Assembly (NCBI GenBank): GCA_964554415.1 | Contig: CAZKON010000005.1 | Coordinates: 1 to 32,000 of the forward strand | Origin: Candidatus Woesearchaeota archaeon | GTDB lineage: Archaea; Nanobdellota; Nanobdellia; Pacearchaeales; GW2011-AR1 | Direction: 5' to 3' | Length of the DNA stretch: 32,000 bases | Shown here: positions 8,299 through 16,975 of the stretch, one piece after another | How the letters are laid out: every line of letters begins with the position of its first letter | Position numbering within the stretch: position 1 is the stretch's first letter | The notes under the pieces: generated by a model | Seen by the model: only the letters and a program-made list of their open reading frames with translations | Databases searched by the model: none | What the model was told of the DNA's origin: nothing | Translations under genes and position numbers: made by a program

Positions 8299-8311
8299 TC
8301 TTCCCCGCATT
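8299..8311 (+). repeat. 13-nt direct copy (TCTTCCCCGCATT) of the tRNA-Leu 3' end and flank (2120-2132); candidate att remnant
   Basis: Exact match read directly. It lies in non-coding DNA. Confidence 0.4.
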
Positions 8312-8491
8312 ATACTATTCTGGCATTTCTGTCCGAATCATCTGTTCTGTATCGAGCGTTTATAAACACCGTATGTGGGGCAAACTGATGGCAAGGCAAG
8401 ACCTTAGTGTATTGAAGAACAATAAAAAGTGTAACTACTAAATAATTACCATAATGAAAAGATTTAAATACCCTTAATTTGTAAAGAATAT

Positions 8492-9331
8492 ATGAAAGCT
8501 CGTAAATTGTTAAGAAACTTGCCTATGAGTTTGCTCTTCGGAGTAACTGCCTGCCATACATCGATGCCTGCTTCAAGAATAGTTACAAAAGGCCCAATGC
8601 ATTATAATAATCAGACATCAATACCTGCTTCAGGAATAGTTACAAAAGACACAATGCATTATAATAACAACTTGGCACTTCCGAATTTGACAGTTGAAAA
8701 AGAAGCTCGAACCAATACAATGAATATTGCAGGCATATTTTATGCTGACAGTAATCAAGCGAGTATCTACGAAACAAACCGGACTAGATTCAATCGAACA
8801 AACGAGTTGCCGTTTGTGGCGTTTCTCATTACTGATATGGAAACGACAAAAGACCCAGTGAGAAAAATAGGGATCAACAGAAATGATGTATTTGTGTTCG
8901 AAGCAATAACAAATGCTCAAGGTAGCTATAAGGGTCTTAAAATGGGAACTAACGGTCCAAACGGAATCAAAATAGTGCGAAAATTCAGGACCGCAAGCAC
9001 GAATAATCCTCTTGAAGTTGTTACGTCCTTAGAATCTGTGTTTGACAAAGATTTATACCGTCCAAATATATTAGGCAAGCCGTACTTCACACCTTTAGTA
9101 ACAGATAAAGAATTAGCTGATACAAATGTTTTCCCAAGGTTGCATATTCCAGGAAACAATAAGTATAGAGAAAATATTGAAGGTTCAATTACCTTTGAAG
9201 GTCCTATCTTTAAAGGTCAACGTATGAAATACGCAGATTATATAACACGCACAAACATTGTTGCTATTCCAACAAATGCTCTGCCGGGATACTCAACTGG
9301 TCAAGCAACTGATTACGTCGACAACCCTTAA
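8492..9331 (+). CDS. Secreted protein with lipobox-like signal (LLFGVTAC), 279 aa
   Basis: The TATA box (8463-8470) is 27 nt upstream of the ATG. Hydrophobic N-terminus ends in Cys. Contains an internal 19-aa tandem duplication. Confidence 0.65.
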   Translation: MKARKLLRNLPMSLLFGVTACHTSMPASRIVTKGPMHYNNQTSIPASGIVTKDTMHYNNNLALPNLTVEKEARTNTMNIAGIFYADSNQASIYETNRTRFNRTNELPFVAFLITDMETTKDPVRKIGINRNDVFVFEAITNAQGSYKGLKMGTNGPNGIKIVRKFRTASTNNPLEVVTSLESVFDKDLYRPNILGKPYFTPLVTDKELADTNVFPRLHIPGNNKYRENIEGSITFEGPIFKGQRMKYADYITRTNIVAIPTNALPGYSTGQATDYVDNP

Positions 9332-9343
9332 TTCTTATGAGTT

Positions 9344-12300
9344 TTACGGATTCTCTACATACTCTTCGCCATATCCAAATGTCCCTGACGATGAAGGCTC
9401 TGCCAATATCTGAATACTTCCACTAAATAAATCTGCGTATTTCTTTCCCTGCAAAGCAAGGAGATGATTGTGTATCACAATTGGAAGAGAGAGTGCGTTA
9501 ATCACTGATTCTTCTATGTTGATAATACCGTACTCGCTCACACTCCCGATTTTCTGTACTTGTGTCTCTGTTTTGATACGTATAAAGAATGTGTTACCAA
9601 TCAAATAAATGTCTAGTGGTATCTCTCCAGCATAAACAATATCCGCAGAAACACCATCAGGCGTTTTGCCAGCATGAAGGGAATAAACACCAACATCTTT
9701 TGCTTCACTGGAAGATTTTTCTTTGACTTCTTGATTCAACTCAGGCAGTTTTTCAGTCATGCGCTCTTTTTTCAGCAAATGTATCTCCGCAAGCTGTCGT
9801 GCAATTGCAGAATATACTCTCCCTTCAAGATACAAAAGCTGAGCTTTGTGATAATTCAGATATAATGAATTTCTTACAGTTCCTGCTCTTACAAGGATTG
9901 CCTGAATTTCAGTCAATTCAGATGTAGTAAGATTCCCTCCTCCTCGCGCGCTGAGACTTGTTTCCACATGTTCAACACTGCCCTGAAGCGCGTTAAGTTC
10001 TGTATTCGCCTCTTCTTCTCTTAACAGCACACCTCCTTTCTCCAGATTCTCTCTTTGTACTTTTTCCAGAGCTTGCAGAGTCGCATTTTTAACACCCAGA
10101 TTATTATCAGTGATTGCATTATCAACACTTTTTTTGTCAAGCCAGCACATAACTTTCTCTCCATCACATCGCCCGACAGGAACGAATCGCGTAGGCTCAG
10201 TTCCTGTTCCAGGATTTTCAGTTGCACAAATGCGGACTACTCCTCTTCTATAGATTTCAGGATTAAAAGCTTCCTGTGCTCCCTGTTGCAAATTAGGATT
10301 CAGCAAGGCAGTTGCACTTGTGCTTCCGCTGATGCATTCTTTTTCAGATGTAACAGTGCTTTCCTTGATTTGCTCAGCTACAATTGCATCTCTGACATAA
10401 TTTACTGCAAAACTTGTTGAAACCTGCTTAAACCCGCACTTTTCTTCACCGTTAAGATTAACACAAAGTTCTTGGTATCCTTCAGGAGCAGTGAAATCAC
10501 GAGTCTCATCTCTATAATCCCCTTTCTTTACAAATCCAGAAGCAACCTGAATAATAGGGCTTACAGCATAATATGATGATTGTGGTGGGCTCTTCAGATA
10601 AACTCGGTAATAAGCTCCCTGATCTTTGCCTGCGTATAGGTGATAATAAACTTTGTAGTTTGCAGTAGCAGGTATAGTTACATCACTGTATTTAACACTG
10701 CTAAAGTAAGCATGAAACTGTGGCGGACTGTCAGGAGCTAATACTGTCTTTAGCGATGTAGGTGCCCTCATAGATATAAAGCTCTTGCAGAATTCCCCGC
10801 CAGCTTCCTCAACAGAACGCGCTTGGAATGCCTTAAACGCATTCACACCATATACCTGAGTGAAGTAATTAACAGATTGCTGCATATTCTGCCAGGCACC
10901 CATCACAGTCAGATATTCTCCTCCGCCTCGCACTCCCTGCCCATAAGCAGTCTCAAGCAGTCTTGGCACTAGCACTTTTGCCAGGGGGGCAAGTTGTCTC
11001 CAGAAGAATTCGCAAGTATAAACCGAATAAAGCTGGTCGCAAATTCCGACTAATTGTCCGCTCTTTACGCTCTCTTGTAAGCAATCTCTATGTGCTTTCA
11101 ATATAGAAACATAACTATCTATGCCTGCATGAATGCCAGTAAGGCACACAGGAACCTTCACCTCTGGAAAGTTTGGCATGCAAAGCAGCGTGCTTCCGAT
11201 TATTCCTGACTGCACCACATCCGCAACAGGATACTTCCCCCCGAAATCGCAGCGTGTAGCAGGACAGATAACAGGGTCGCATAAGTTAAATATCAAATTA
11301 CATTCGCCAGGGGACATAAAGTCTTGGCATTGCGCAGCAGGCACGCTTACTGCAGGCTTGCCAACTCTAATGTCTCCAGTTCCTGCAATAGTAACTCTGC
11401 TGTTTCCATGTTGTCTTGCCGCCTGCTCAAGTGCCTCGCGTGCGCGCACAACAAGTGCACGTGCCTCTTCATCGCTCAATCCAGGGAACTTATTCAAAGG
11501 CTGTCCAGTTTGCAGATTTACCATCTCACATACGTCATCGCCTAAACCCTCAAGGAACTGTTCTCTTTTGTTTGCCCCGACATTGCAAAGCCAGAAACTA
11601 GTCGCTCGTCCAGATGCGTCGAAAGCTCCAATGCCCCCGAATGCAGGCAATATCTGTTTTGCAGCAGCATACCATCCACGTTGCAAATCAAAAGGCACAA
11701 TCGCAGGCATACCTTTATAAGGTTCTCTGTCGTAGAATTTTACTTCAGGATTTTCATATTTATTGAAATAAGATAGCTGTTGTTGTGAGTATAATGTACC
11801 TAATCCATACGTATTAGAAAAAGTTGCAGGAGATATTTCATTCAGAGTATCTCCATCATGAATACTATAAACCTCATTTGCTCCGCTGCCCTCTTTCTTC
11901 ATTACGCTCCGTATAGTATATGCTCCATTGCCCGCATCCTGCAAACCAAGAAGGTATGTGCCTCCGCTGTACTGCTTCCCATCTTTAGACGACGCAGGAG
12001 GTACAACAACACTTGCAAGATGAGTCACTCCATCTGCAAAAACCATGTCTGCCTTGCTTCCGCGTTGCACAGCGCTCACAGGAGCAACTTCAACATATCT
12101 CTCTCCTTGGCTTTTCGGCGTTGCAGTAAACGGAGAAGGGAATCCTTGCGCTCTAAGTGATTGTTCAGATTTATATTTCTCCGTCAAAGCATGATTAATG
12201 CTGATGCTTGAGCCGATTGTTTCAAGTCTCTGCTCGACATTTGCCTTAGTGCCGTTAGAGATGCCGCTGTTTTTCTGCAGCAATAAATTTTGATGCAATT

Positions 12301-14851
12301 CACGCAATGAATCATAACTATATTCTCCATCTTCATATCCTCTAGAGTTTGCGAGCAGCTCTTTCACAGGAACAGACCTTACACCTTTAGAGTCTTTGAT
12401 TTGTACCATATCCTCACCATGATTATCAAGCAGATACTGGCGATATTTTGGCACAGACTGGCTTGGCTCAATTGAACTGCTCAAAAATCCCGAAGTTTTA
12501 GGCACGCCTGCCTCGGCTTCTTTGATAGCTGAATTTACTTTCTGAATCTGTGCGTCAGCTATTTGCACATCACGATTTATTTCATCAGCATGCTTGCTAA
12601 AACACGCATCAAGTGATTTTGATGCCCCACTTGATACTTCTACTTGGCATCTGGCAGTCCACCCTTTATCTCCGCGCATTATTTGTTGTCGTGCAAATCC
12701 TGTCCCAGATAAACCAGTCACAAAATTCTTCACAGTCAAAGCACCCGCAGTAGCAAAGCACGCACCTTTCAAGCCAGAGACAACATTCCCGAGAGTGTTT
12801 GAAATCTGCTCCCACTTCCTGATGCTTTCATTTATAGTTGCAATCTTGCTTAATGTTGCATTTGGTGCAAGTTGAATAGCACGTTTTTCAATGCCTATGC
12901 GTATAGTTACATTCGTTCTGGTTTCTGTCCCCCATGCTTGTGGAGTTAAAGTGATTCTGGCAGAACGTTGCACATCAAGGCGTTGCAGAACAACAGGCTG
13001 CCCGCACACTACAACTGATTCACCAATACGCAAAGTAGGTTTGAAGTTCCTCTGAGATTCAGCAGGACAGCTAGTGCTGACAGTTATAAAATCAGACTCA
13101 ATACGCTGAATTGTCAAAGTCCGTTTATTCTTGTCAGTGCTTTGTGGAAGTTCATAAACCGTTCCTGCCTTCACAGTCACAGCTTTTGCTCCGATAGCAA
13201 GTGTTGCACTAGATTGTTCTCTCGGTTCTTCTATTGAAACAATCCTAATAGTTCTGAATCTGCCATTTATATCAACCGCAGAAGCTGCTCTTGAGAAATC
13301 AATATGCTCGCTCCGCGCAATCTCCTGTCTGTATGCTTCACTTTCAGGAGCATTAGGATATGTAGTCACATACATCTGAAGCAAACGCAGGCGCTGCTGC
13401 TCTTTGTTAAGAGTTGTTGCTAATGCAATTGCTTCTGCCAATGCATTCTGCCCATAAGGATTCCTTGCCGCAGAAGCTTTCTCAGCAGGATAATCTCGCG
13501 CTATCTGCTCAAACGCATGCAATGCCTCGCTAAAGTTCCCTTCAACTCCTTGAACCCCTGACCATGATTGATCTATAACAATATCTTCAGGAGCTACATG
13601 ACTCTCTCTCTCAAGCTGTCTGTATGCAATCATTGTTTCCCGCAATTGCTTTGTCATAGCATTATTAATAGCGAGCCTCCACTCTCCACTTGCCCACTGG
13701 TACAACAAATCAGAAGAAGTCAGATTATATTTCACTCCTTCAATTTCTACAAGATATGATTCTCCGTCTCTATAAGGGAAATTCTTTGTCCCATCATTTG
13801 CAACAAATAAGTCAAATGTCGCAGCCCCTTTAGCTCGCAGCTGAAGAACAAGAGTCTCTGAAAGGCAGCGCAAAGTTACGTTTCCGGTTCCAACGCTGGT
13901 GTTATCAAGCCTTATACTGGAAACAGTGCATTGACCATTTAAAATCCTGCTCCCTTCATAAACATCTACTACATCTGTGCTGTTGCTGCTTGTAATAGCT
14001 AGCCTTACTCGAGTCTGGCTGGCTTCATATCCAGTATAATCAACATACAATGCTGCACGGCAATAGCTCTCCGGCACAAATATCTCGCGTGACCTTGTTC
14101 CTTTTTCAACATGAGTAGTAGCAATTTGCCTGTCCCCGCTATAAATTGAAATATCTGCACCGCGCTCATCTGCATTTAATAACCTAATAAAATATTTCCC
14201 GTTCCAGAAGCTTTGGCGCTGGCTTTTATCAGACCATGCAAAATCATTCTGTTCTTCCAGCACAAACTCAGTTCTCCCGATGCCCAGTGCATTGCCTGCA
14301 TCATATTCAAGCCGCCCGCTTAAGTTAACAACTACTGATTCAGGTAATTCGCTTTCTCGTGGCTGCTTTTGAAGAACAATAACAGCATATCCTATATTAT
14401 TCAAAAGTGGGTCCCCCAGCAACCTATTACGAGTCACCAATCCGGCGCGCGCAGGGTGGAATCCAACAGCCACAACACCTTTTGGATACTCTTTATCAAA
14501 TCCAATACTCTTAATTTCTTTTACATTAAGAAGTGGGTTGATTTTTAACGCGTCAATCTGGCAGAATACAGGCACGTTTTGTTCTGCAAGCAAATCGCTT
14601 CTCACAACAGCAGGCTGGCATCCGGCAGGAGCGACCTGCAAGACAAAATCTTCCCGGTTCTTGCACTGAGAAGAATCATCTAAAATAGGCCAATAAGTGT
14701 TTGCCTGCGCACCATAATATGTTTGAAAACTTGCTTGATAGCTCGGTCTCGTCACATAAGTTGCAGAGCTATAAACCTGCGCGTTGGCAAAAACCGTGAA
14801 TAAAACAATAAAAATACAAATCAAAAATAACAGAATCGCATATCTTCTCAT
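9344..14851 (-). CDS. Giant secreted protein (1835 aa), family not recognised
   Basis: Uninterrupted 5.5-kb ORF with a Sec-type signal (ILLFLICIFIVLFTVFANA-QV). Its start overlaps the upstream stop as ATGA. No C-terminal TM segment. Confidence 0.9.
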   Translation of the reverse strand: MRRYAILLFLICIFIVLFTVFANAQVYSSATYVTRPSYQASFQTYYGAQANTYWPILDDSSQCKNREDFVLQVAPAGCQPAVVRSDLLAEQNVPVFCQIDALKINPLLNVKEIKSIGFDKEYPKGVVAVGFHPARAGLVTRNRLLGDPLLNNIGYAVIVLQKQPRESELPESVVVNLSGRLEYDAGNALGIGRTEFVLEEQNDFAWSDKSQRQSFWNGKYFIRLLNADERGADISIYSGDRQIATTHVEKGTRSREIFVPESYCRAALYVDYTGYEASQTRVRLAITSSNSTDVVDVYEGSRILNGQCTVSSIRLDNTSVGTGNVTLRCLSETLVLQLRAKGAATFDLFVANDGTKNFPYRDGESYLVEIEGVKYNLTSSDLLYQWASGEWRLAINNAMTKQLRETMIAYRQLERESHVAPEDIVIDQSWSGVQGVEGNFSEALHAFEQIARDYPAEKASAARNPYGQNALAEAIALATTLNKEQQRLRLLQMYVTTYPNAPESEAYRQEIARSEHIDFSRAASAVDINGRFRTIRIVSIEEPREQSSATLAIGAKAVTVKAGTVYELPQSTDKNKRTLTIQRIESDFITVSTSCPAESQRNFKPTLRIGESVVVCGQPVVLQRLDVQRSARITLTPQAWGTETRTNVTIRIGIEKRAIQLAPNATLSKIATINESIRKWEQISNTLGNVVSGLKGACFATAGALTVKNFVTGLSGTGFARQQIMRGDKGWTARCQVEVSSGASKSLDACFSKHADEINRDVQIADAQIQKVNSAIKEAEAGVPKTSGFLSSSIEPSQSVPKYRQYLLDNHGEDMVQIKDSKGVRSVPVKELLANSRGYEDGEYSYDSLRELHQNLLLQKNSGISNGTKANVEQRLETIGSSISINHALTEKYKSEQSLRAQGFPSPFTATPKSQGERYVEVAPVSAVQRGSKADMVFADGVTHLASVVVPPASSKDGKQYSGGTYLLGLQDAGNGAYTIRSVMKKEGSGANEVYSIHDGDTLNEISPATFSNTYGLGTLYSQQQLSYFNKYENPEVKFYDREPYKGMPAIVPFDLQRGWYAAAKQILPAFGGIGAFDASGRATSFWLCNVGANKREQFLEGLGDDVCEMVNLQTGQPLNKFPGLSDEEARALVVRAREALEQAARQHGNSRVTIAGTGDIRVGKPAVSVPAAQCQDFMSPGECNLIFNLCDPVICPATRCDFGGKYPVADVVQSGIIGSTLLCMPNFPEVKVPVCLTGIHAGIDSYVSILKAHRDCLQESVKSGQLVGICDQLYSVYTCEFFWRQLAPLAKVLVPRLLETAYGQGVRGGGEYLTVMGAWQNMQQSVNYFTQVYGVNAFKAFQARSVEEAGGEFCKSFISMRAPTSLKTVLAPDSPPQFHAYFSSVKYSDVTIPATANYKVYYHLYAGKDQGAYYRVYLKSPPQSSYYAVSPIIQVASGFVKKGDYRDETRDFTAPEGYQELCVNLNGEEKCGFKQVSTSFAVNYVRDAIVAEQIKESTVTSEKECISGSTSATALLNPNLQQGAQEAFNPEIYRRGVVRICATENPGTGTEPTRFVPVGRCDGEKVMCWLDKKSVDNAITDNNLGVKNATLQALEKVQRENLEKGGVLLREEEANTELNALQGSVEHVETSLSARGGGNLTTSELTEIQAILVRAGTVRNSLYLNYHKAQLLYLEGRVYSAIARQLAEIHLLKKERMTEKLPELNQEVKEKSSSEAKDVGVYSLHAGKTPDGVSADIVYAGEIPLDIYLIGNTFFIRIKTETQVQKIGSVSEYGIINIEESVINALSLPIVIHNHLLALQGKKYADLFSGSIQILAEPSSSGTFGYGEEYVENP

Positions 14852-16710
14852 GTGAATACCACCTCTGCTCGTTGCAGTGCAAATAATTCATAATTTGTCT
14901 GAAGCTGCGTCAGCGTTGTTGGTTTAGGTAAGGCAGGCACACTAATCTCCAGTGTTCCCTTTTCTAGTTCTGCAGGAAGAAGATAAGCACTTACACTTCC
15001 TCCGCCAACAAGAGCAGTATCAACCTTTGTTTCAGGCAGGTTAATATCATAACATTGCTCACGAGTTCCTCCAAACAATCCTGCAAAACCTGAACGAGGT
15101 ATAGTTGTGCATTCTCTGCTTGTGCTTGCAGGAATCGTAACGCCTGCATTGCCATATACATAAACAGTAATATTATAAGCACCCTCGCTAAGGCTGACAT
15201 TCTTCACTTCAGGATATACAACGCTGGTAGAGCCAGGACCTTCGAATGAAATAAGAATCAGTCCGGAAGTATTGGTTGCTCCGATAATTTCAACATCAAG
15301 ATTCAAAGTATATACTCTATCAAGAATAATTGTGCTTTCTTGAGAATCTACGCTTGAGAAAATTTGGCGTTGGGAAGCATATCCTTCAGCACTAACAGAA
15401 AGATAACCATTAAGGCATCCTGGAATCACTCCTTCAACACGACCTCCGGCACTCTTCCCAATCTGACAAATCTGATCAAAACAAGCGTATGCAACTTCTG
15501 CACCATCAATCGGCTTAAGCAGCACATCTCGGACATTTACGCTAACTGGTTGCGAAGCAAATGCGCATAGCTCTTCCTGCTCTTGCTCTTCAGCAATAGA
15601 TTGAGGGGATGCTTGTCTTGGAAGATTGTTATCTACACTCACAACCAAAGGAAATTGAAATAACTCATCATCTCTCGAGAGCTGCACCATGACAGGATAA
15701 CTAAAATCATATACAAAATGGTATGGCGCATAGCAAAATCCAAGTACGCCAAGTCCTTGCTGCAAGCCAACAGGTTCAGCAATCATAATTTCTTGTGATG
15801 CTCCGGAAATTTCTGTTTTGCTGGGCCATTTCGTAGAATACAGGAAGCTAACATGGTCATCAACATTATGCTCAACTACAAAATACTTGTTCTGGCTATT
15901 TTGAAGAGTATAATAGTCTCCCTTCATTTTTACAGCCGCAACATTCGCAGCCAGGCCTTCATGTAATTTTGAAACAACATCGCGCGTTTTCCAGACTTTC
16001 GGCGCGCAGCTCGTCTCAACGCCATCAACAGGTGCATAAAGATACAAAACATCACTCGAGTAATTTTCCAAAAAAGCGCTTTTTTGTTCATACTGATAAA
16101 TTGACAAAGCTTGGCTGTATAGTGCTCCAAACCTGCTAGGCACTTTTATGTTATGCGTTGTCCTACGCGAGCTGCCCTTGCTATCGCTCACAACAATATT
16201 TTGATTAATGCGAACACCAATAATATTATCATTAATCTCAATATCAACTTCAGGCAGCCCCATTGTAACATTTACACCCTGCTCTGCAAATATAGAGAAA
16301 TCACATTTCTGGATTGTAGACTCAATATGCTCTGCAAGCTCCTTCTCAATATCCTGCTTTTTAGGCACATTTTCTTTGATTACTCCATTGCTGCTGGGAT
16401 ATTGCCAATAAGGCACAGGAAAACCTAAAAAGTCAAGTTGTGATGAAAAAGGAGCATAATCGCTGCCAGGAATGAAAGAAGGAGTTTTGATGTATCCTCC
16501 CTGCGTTCCGGCAAGAGTTAAAGCTGCGCGCGTTTCTAGAACAACACACTCTTCATAATACTGAAACACCTGATCCGAGACGCGCTCTCCGCCTCTGAAT
16601 TCAGAAAGCTGCCACGCAACTGCCGCAATTCCAATCACTGCAACCAAAACAATAGAAATAATCACAAAAATACTTATCTGCCCTTTCTTCCATTGTATGG
16701 ATAACCTCAT
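14848..16710 (-). CDS. 620-aa extracellular protein with prepilin-like (class III) signal peptide
   Basis: N-terminus MRLSIQWKKGQISIFVIISIVLVAVIGIAAVAW. A beta-sandwich-like segment ...GYLSVSAEGYASQRQIF resembles the CarboxypepD_reg/PEGA pattern. Confidence 0.85.
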   Translation of the reverse strand: MRLSIQWKKGQISIFVIISIVLVAVIGIAAVAWQLSEFRGGERVSDQVFQYYEECVVLETRAALTLAGTQGGYIKTPSFIPGSDYAPFSSQLDFLGFPVPYWQYPSSNGVIKENVPKKQDIEKELAEHIESTIQKCDFSIFAEQGVNVTMGLPEVDIEINDNIIGVRINQNIVVSDSKGSSRRTTHNIKVPSRFGALYSQALSIYQYEQKSAFLENYSSDVLYLYAPVDGVETSCAPKVWKTRDVVSKLHEGLAANVAAVKMKGDYYTLQNSQNKYFVVEHNVDDHVSFLYSTKWPSKTEISGASQEIMIAEPVGLQQGLGVLGFCYAPYHFVYDFSYPVMVQLSRDDELFQFPLVVSVDNNLPRQASPQSIAEEQEQEELCAFASQPVSVNVRDVLLKPIDGAEVAYACFDQICQIGKSAGGRVEGVIPGCLNGYLSVSAEGYASQRQIFSSVDSQESTIILDRVYTLNLDVEIIGATNTSGLILISFEGPGSTSVVYPEVKNVSLSEGAYNITVYVYGNAGVTIPASTSRECTTIPRSGFAGLFGGTREQCYDINLPETKVDTALVGGGSVSAYLLPAELEKGTLEISVPALPKPTTLTQLQTNYELFALQRAEVVFT

Positions 16711-16838
16711 TTCTTCACCCCGCGTCGTACTCTCTCTCGTATAAGCTCAACAATTTCACTATTGATATCCTGTTCTAAATTAACTTTAAACTTTGCCCAT
16801 AATTCTTCATCCTCAATAAGAAGCAAGTATTTCTTCAT
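16707..16838 (-). CDS. 43-aa ribbon-helix-helix-like protein (not in the ORF track)
   Basis: Minus-strand translation MKKYLLLIEDEELWAKFKVNLEQDINSEIVELIRERVRRGVKK. The stop overlaps the next ATG (ATGA). The strand-helix-helix pattern is typical of CopG/RHH proteins. Confidence 0.55.
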   Translation of the reverse strand: MKKYLLLIEDEELWAKFKVNLEQDINSEIVELIRERVRRGVKK

Positions 16839-16868
16839 GCGCCCCTCTCCAAAAAAAGCAATACAAAA

Positions 16869-16925
16869 GACTATAAAAACCTTTCTTATTTATTAAATAA
16901 GTTAGTTACTTAGTTACTAATTAGC
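16869..16925 (-). promoter_or_regulatory. BRE/TATA (GAAAGGTTTTTATAG on minus) plus upstream palindrome and direct repeats
   Basis: The TATA centre is about 37 nt from ATG 16838, implying a leader of about 10 nt (GGAGAGGGGCGC). Upstream lie a 17-nt palindrome CTTATTTATTAAATAAG (16885-16901) and TTAGTTAC x2 (16902-16917). Confidence 0.5.
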
Positions 16926-16975
16926 AATAACCTGCGTATATCATATACTTTGAAAATTTTTGATTCCTGAGCGCA

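Noticed and set aside
8286-8350. C/D-box sRNA-like GATGATG ... CTG elements near the att-like repeat
   Set aside because: There is no proper RUGAUGA/CUGA box pair and no terminal stem.
8565-8678. The 57-nt repeat pair as a DGR template/variable repeat
   Set aside because: The copies are adjacent and in-frame within one gene. The mismatches are not adenine-specific, and no reverse transcriptase is present.
9674-13759. Numerous 60-195-aa plus-strand ORFs inside the giant gene (for example 11133..11720)
   Set aside because: They lie antisense to an uninterrupted 5.5-kb ORF. Their compositions are low-complexity or Cys/Ser-rich, as is typical of shadow ORFs.
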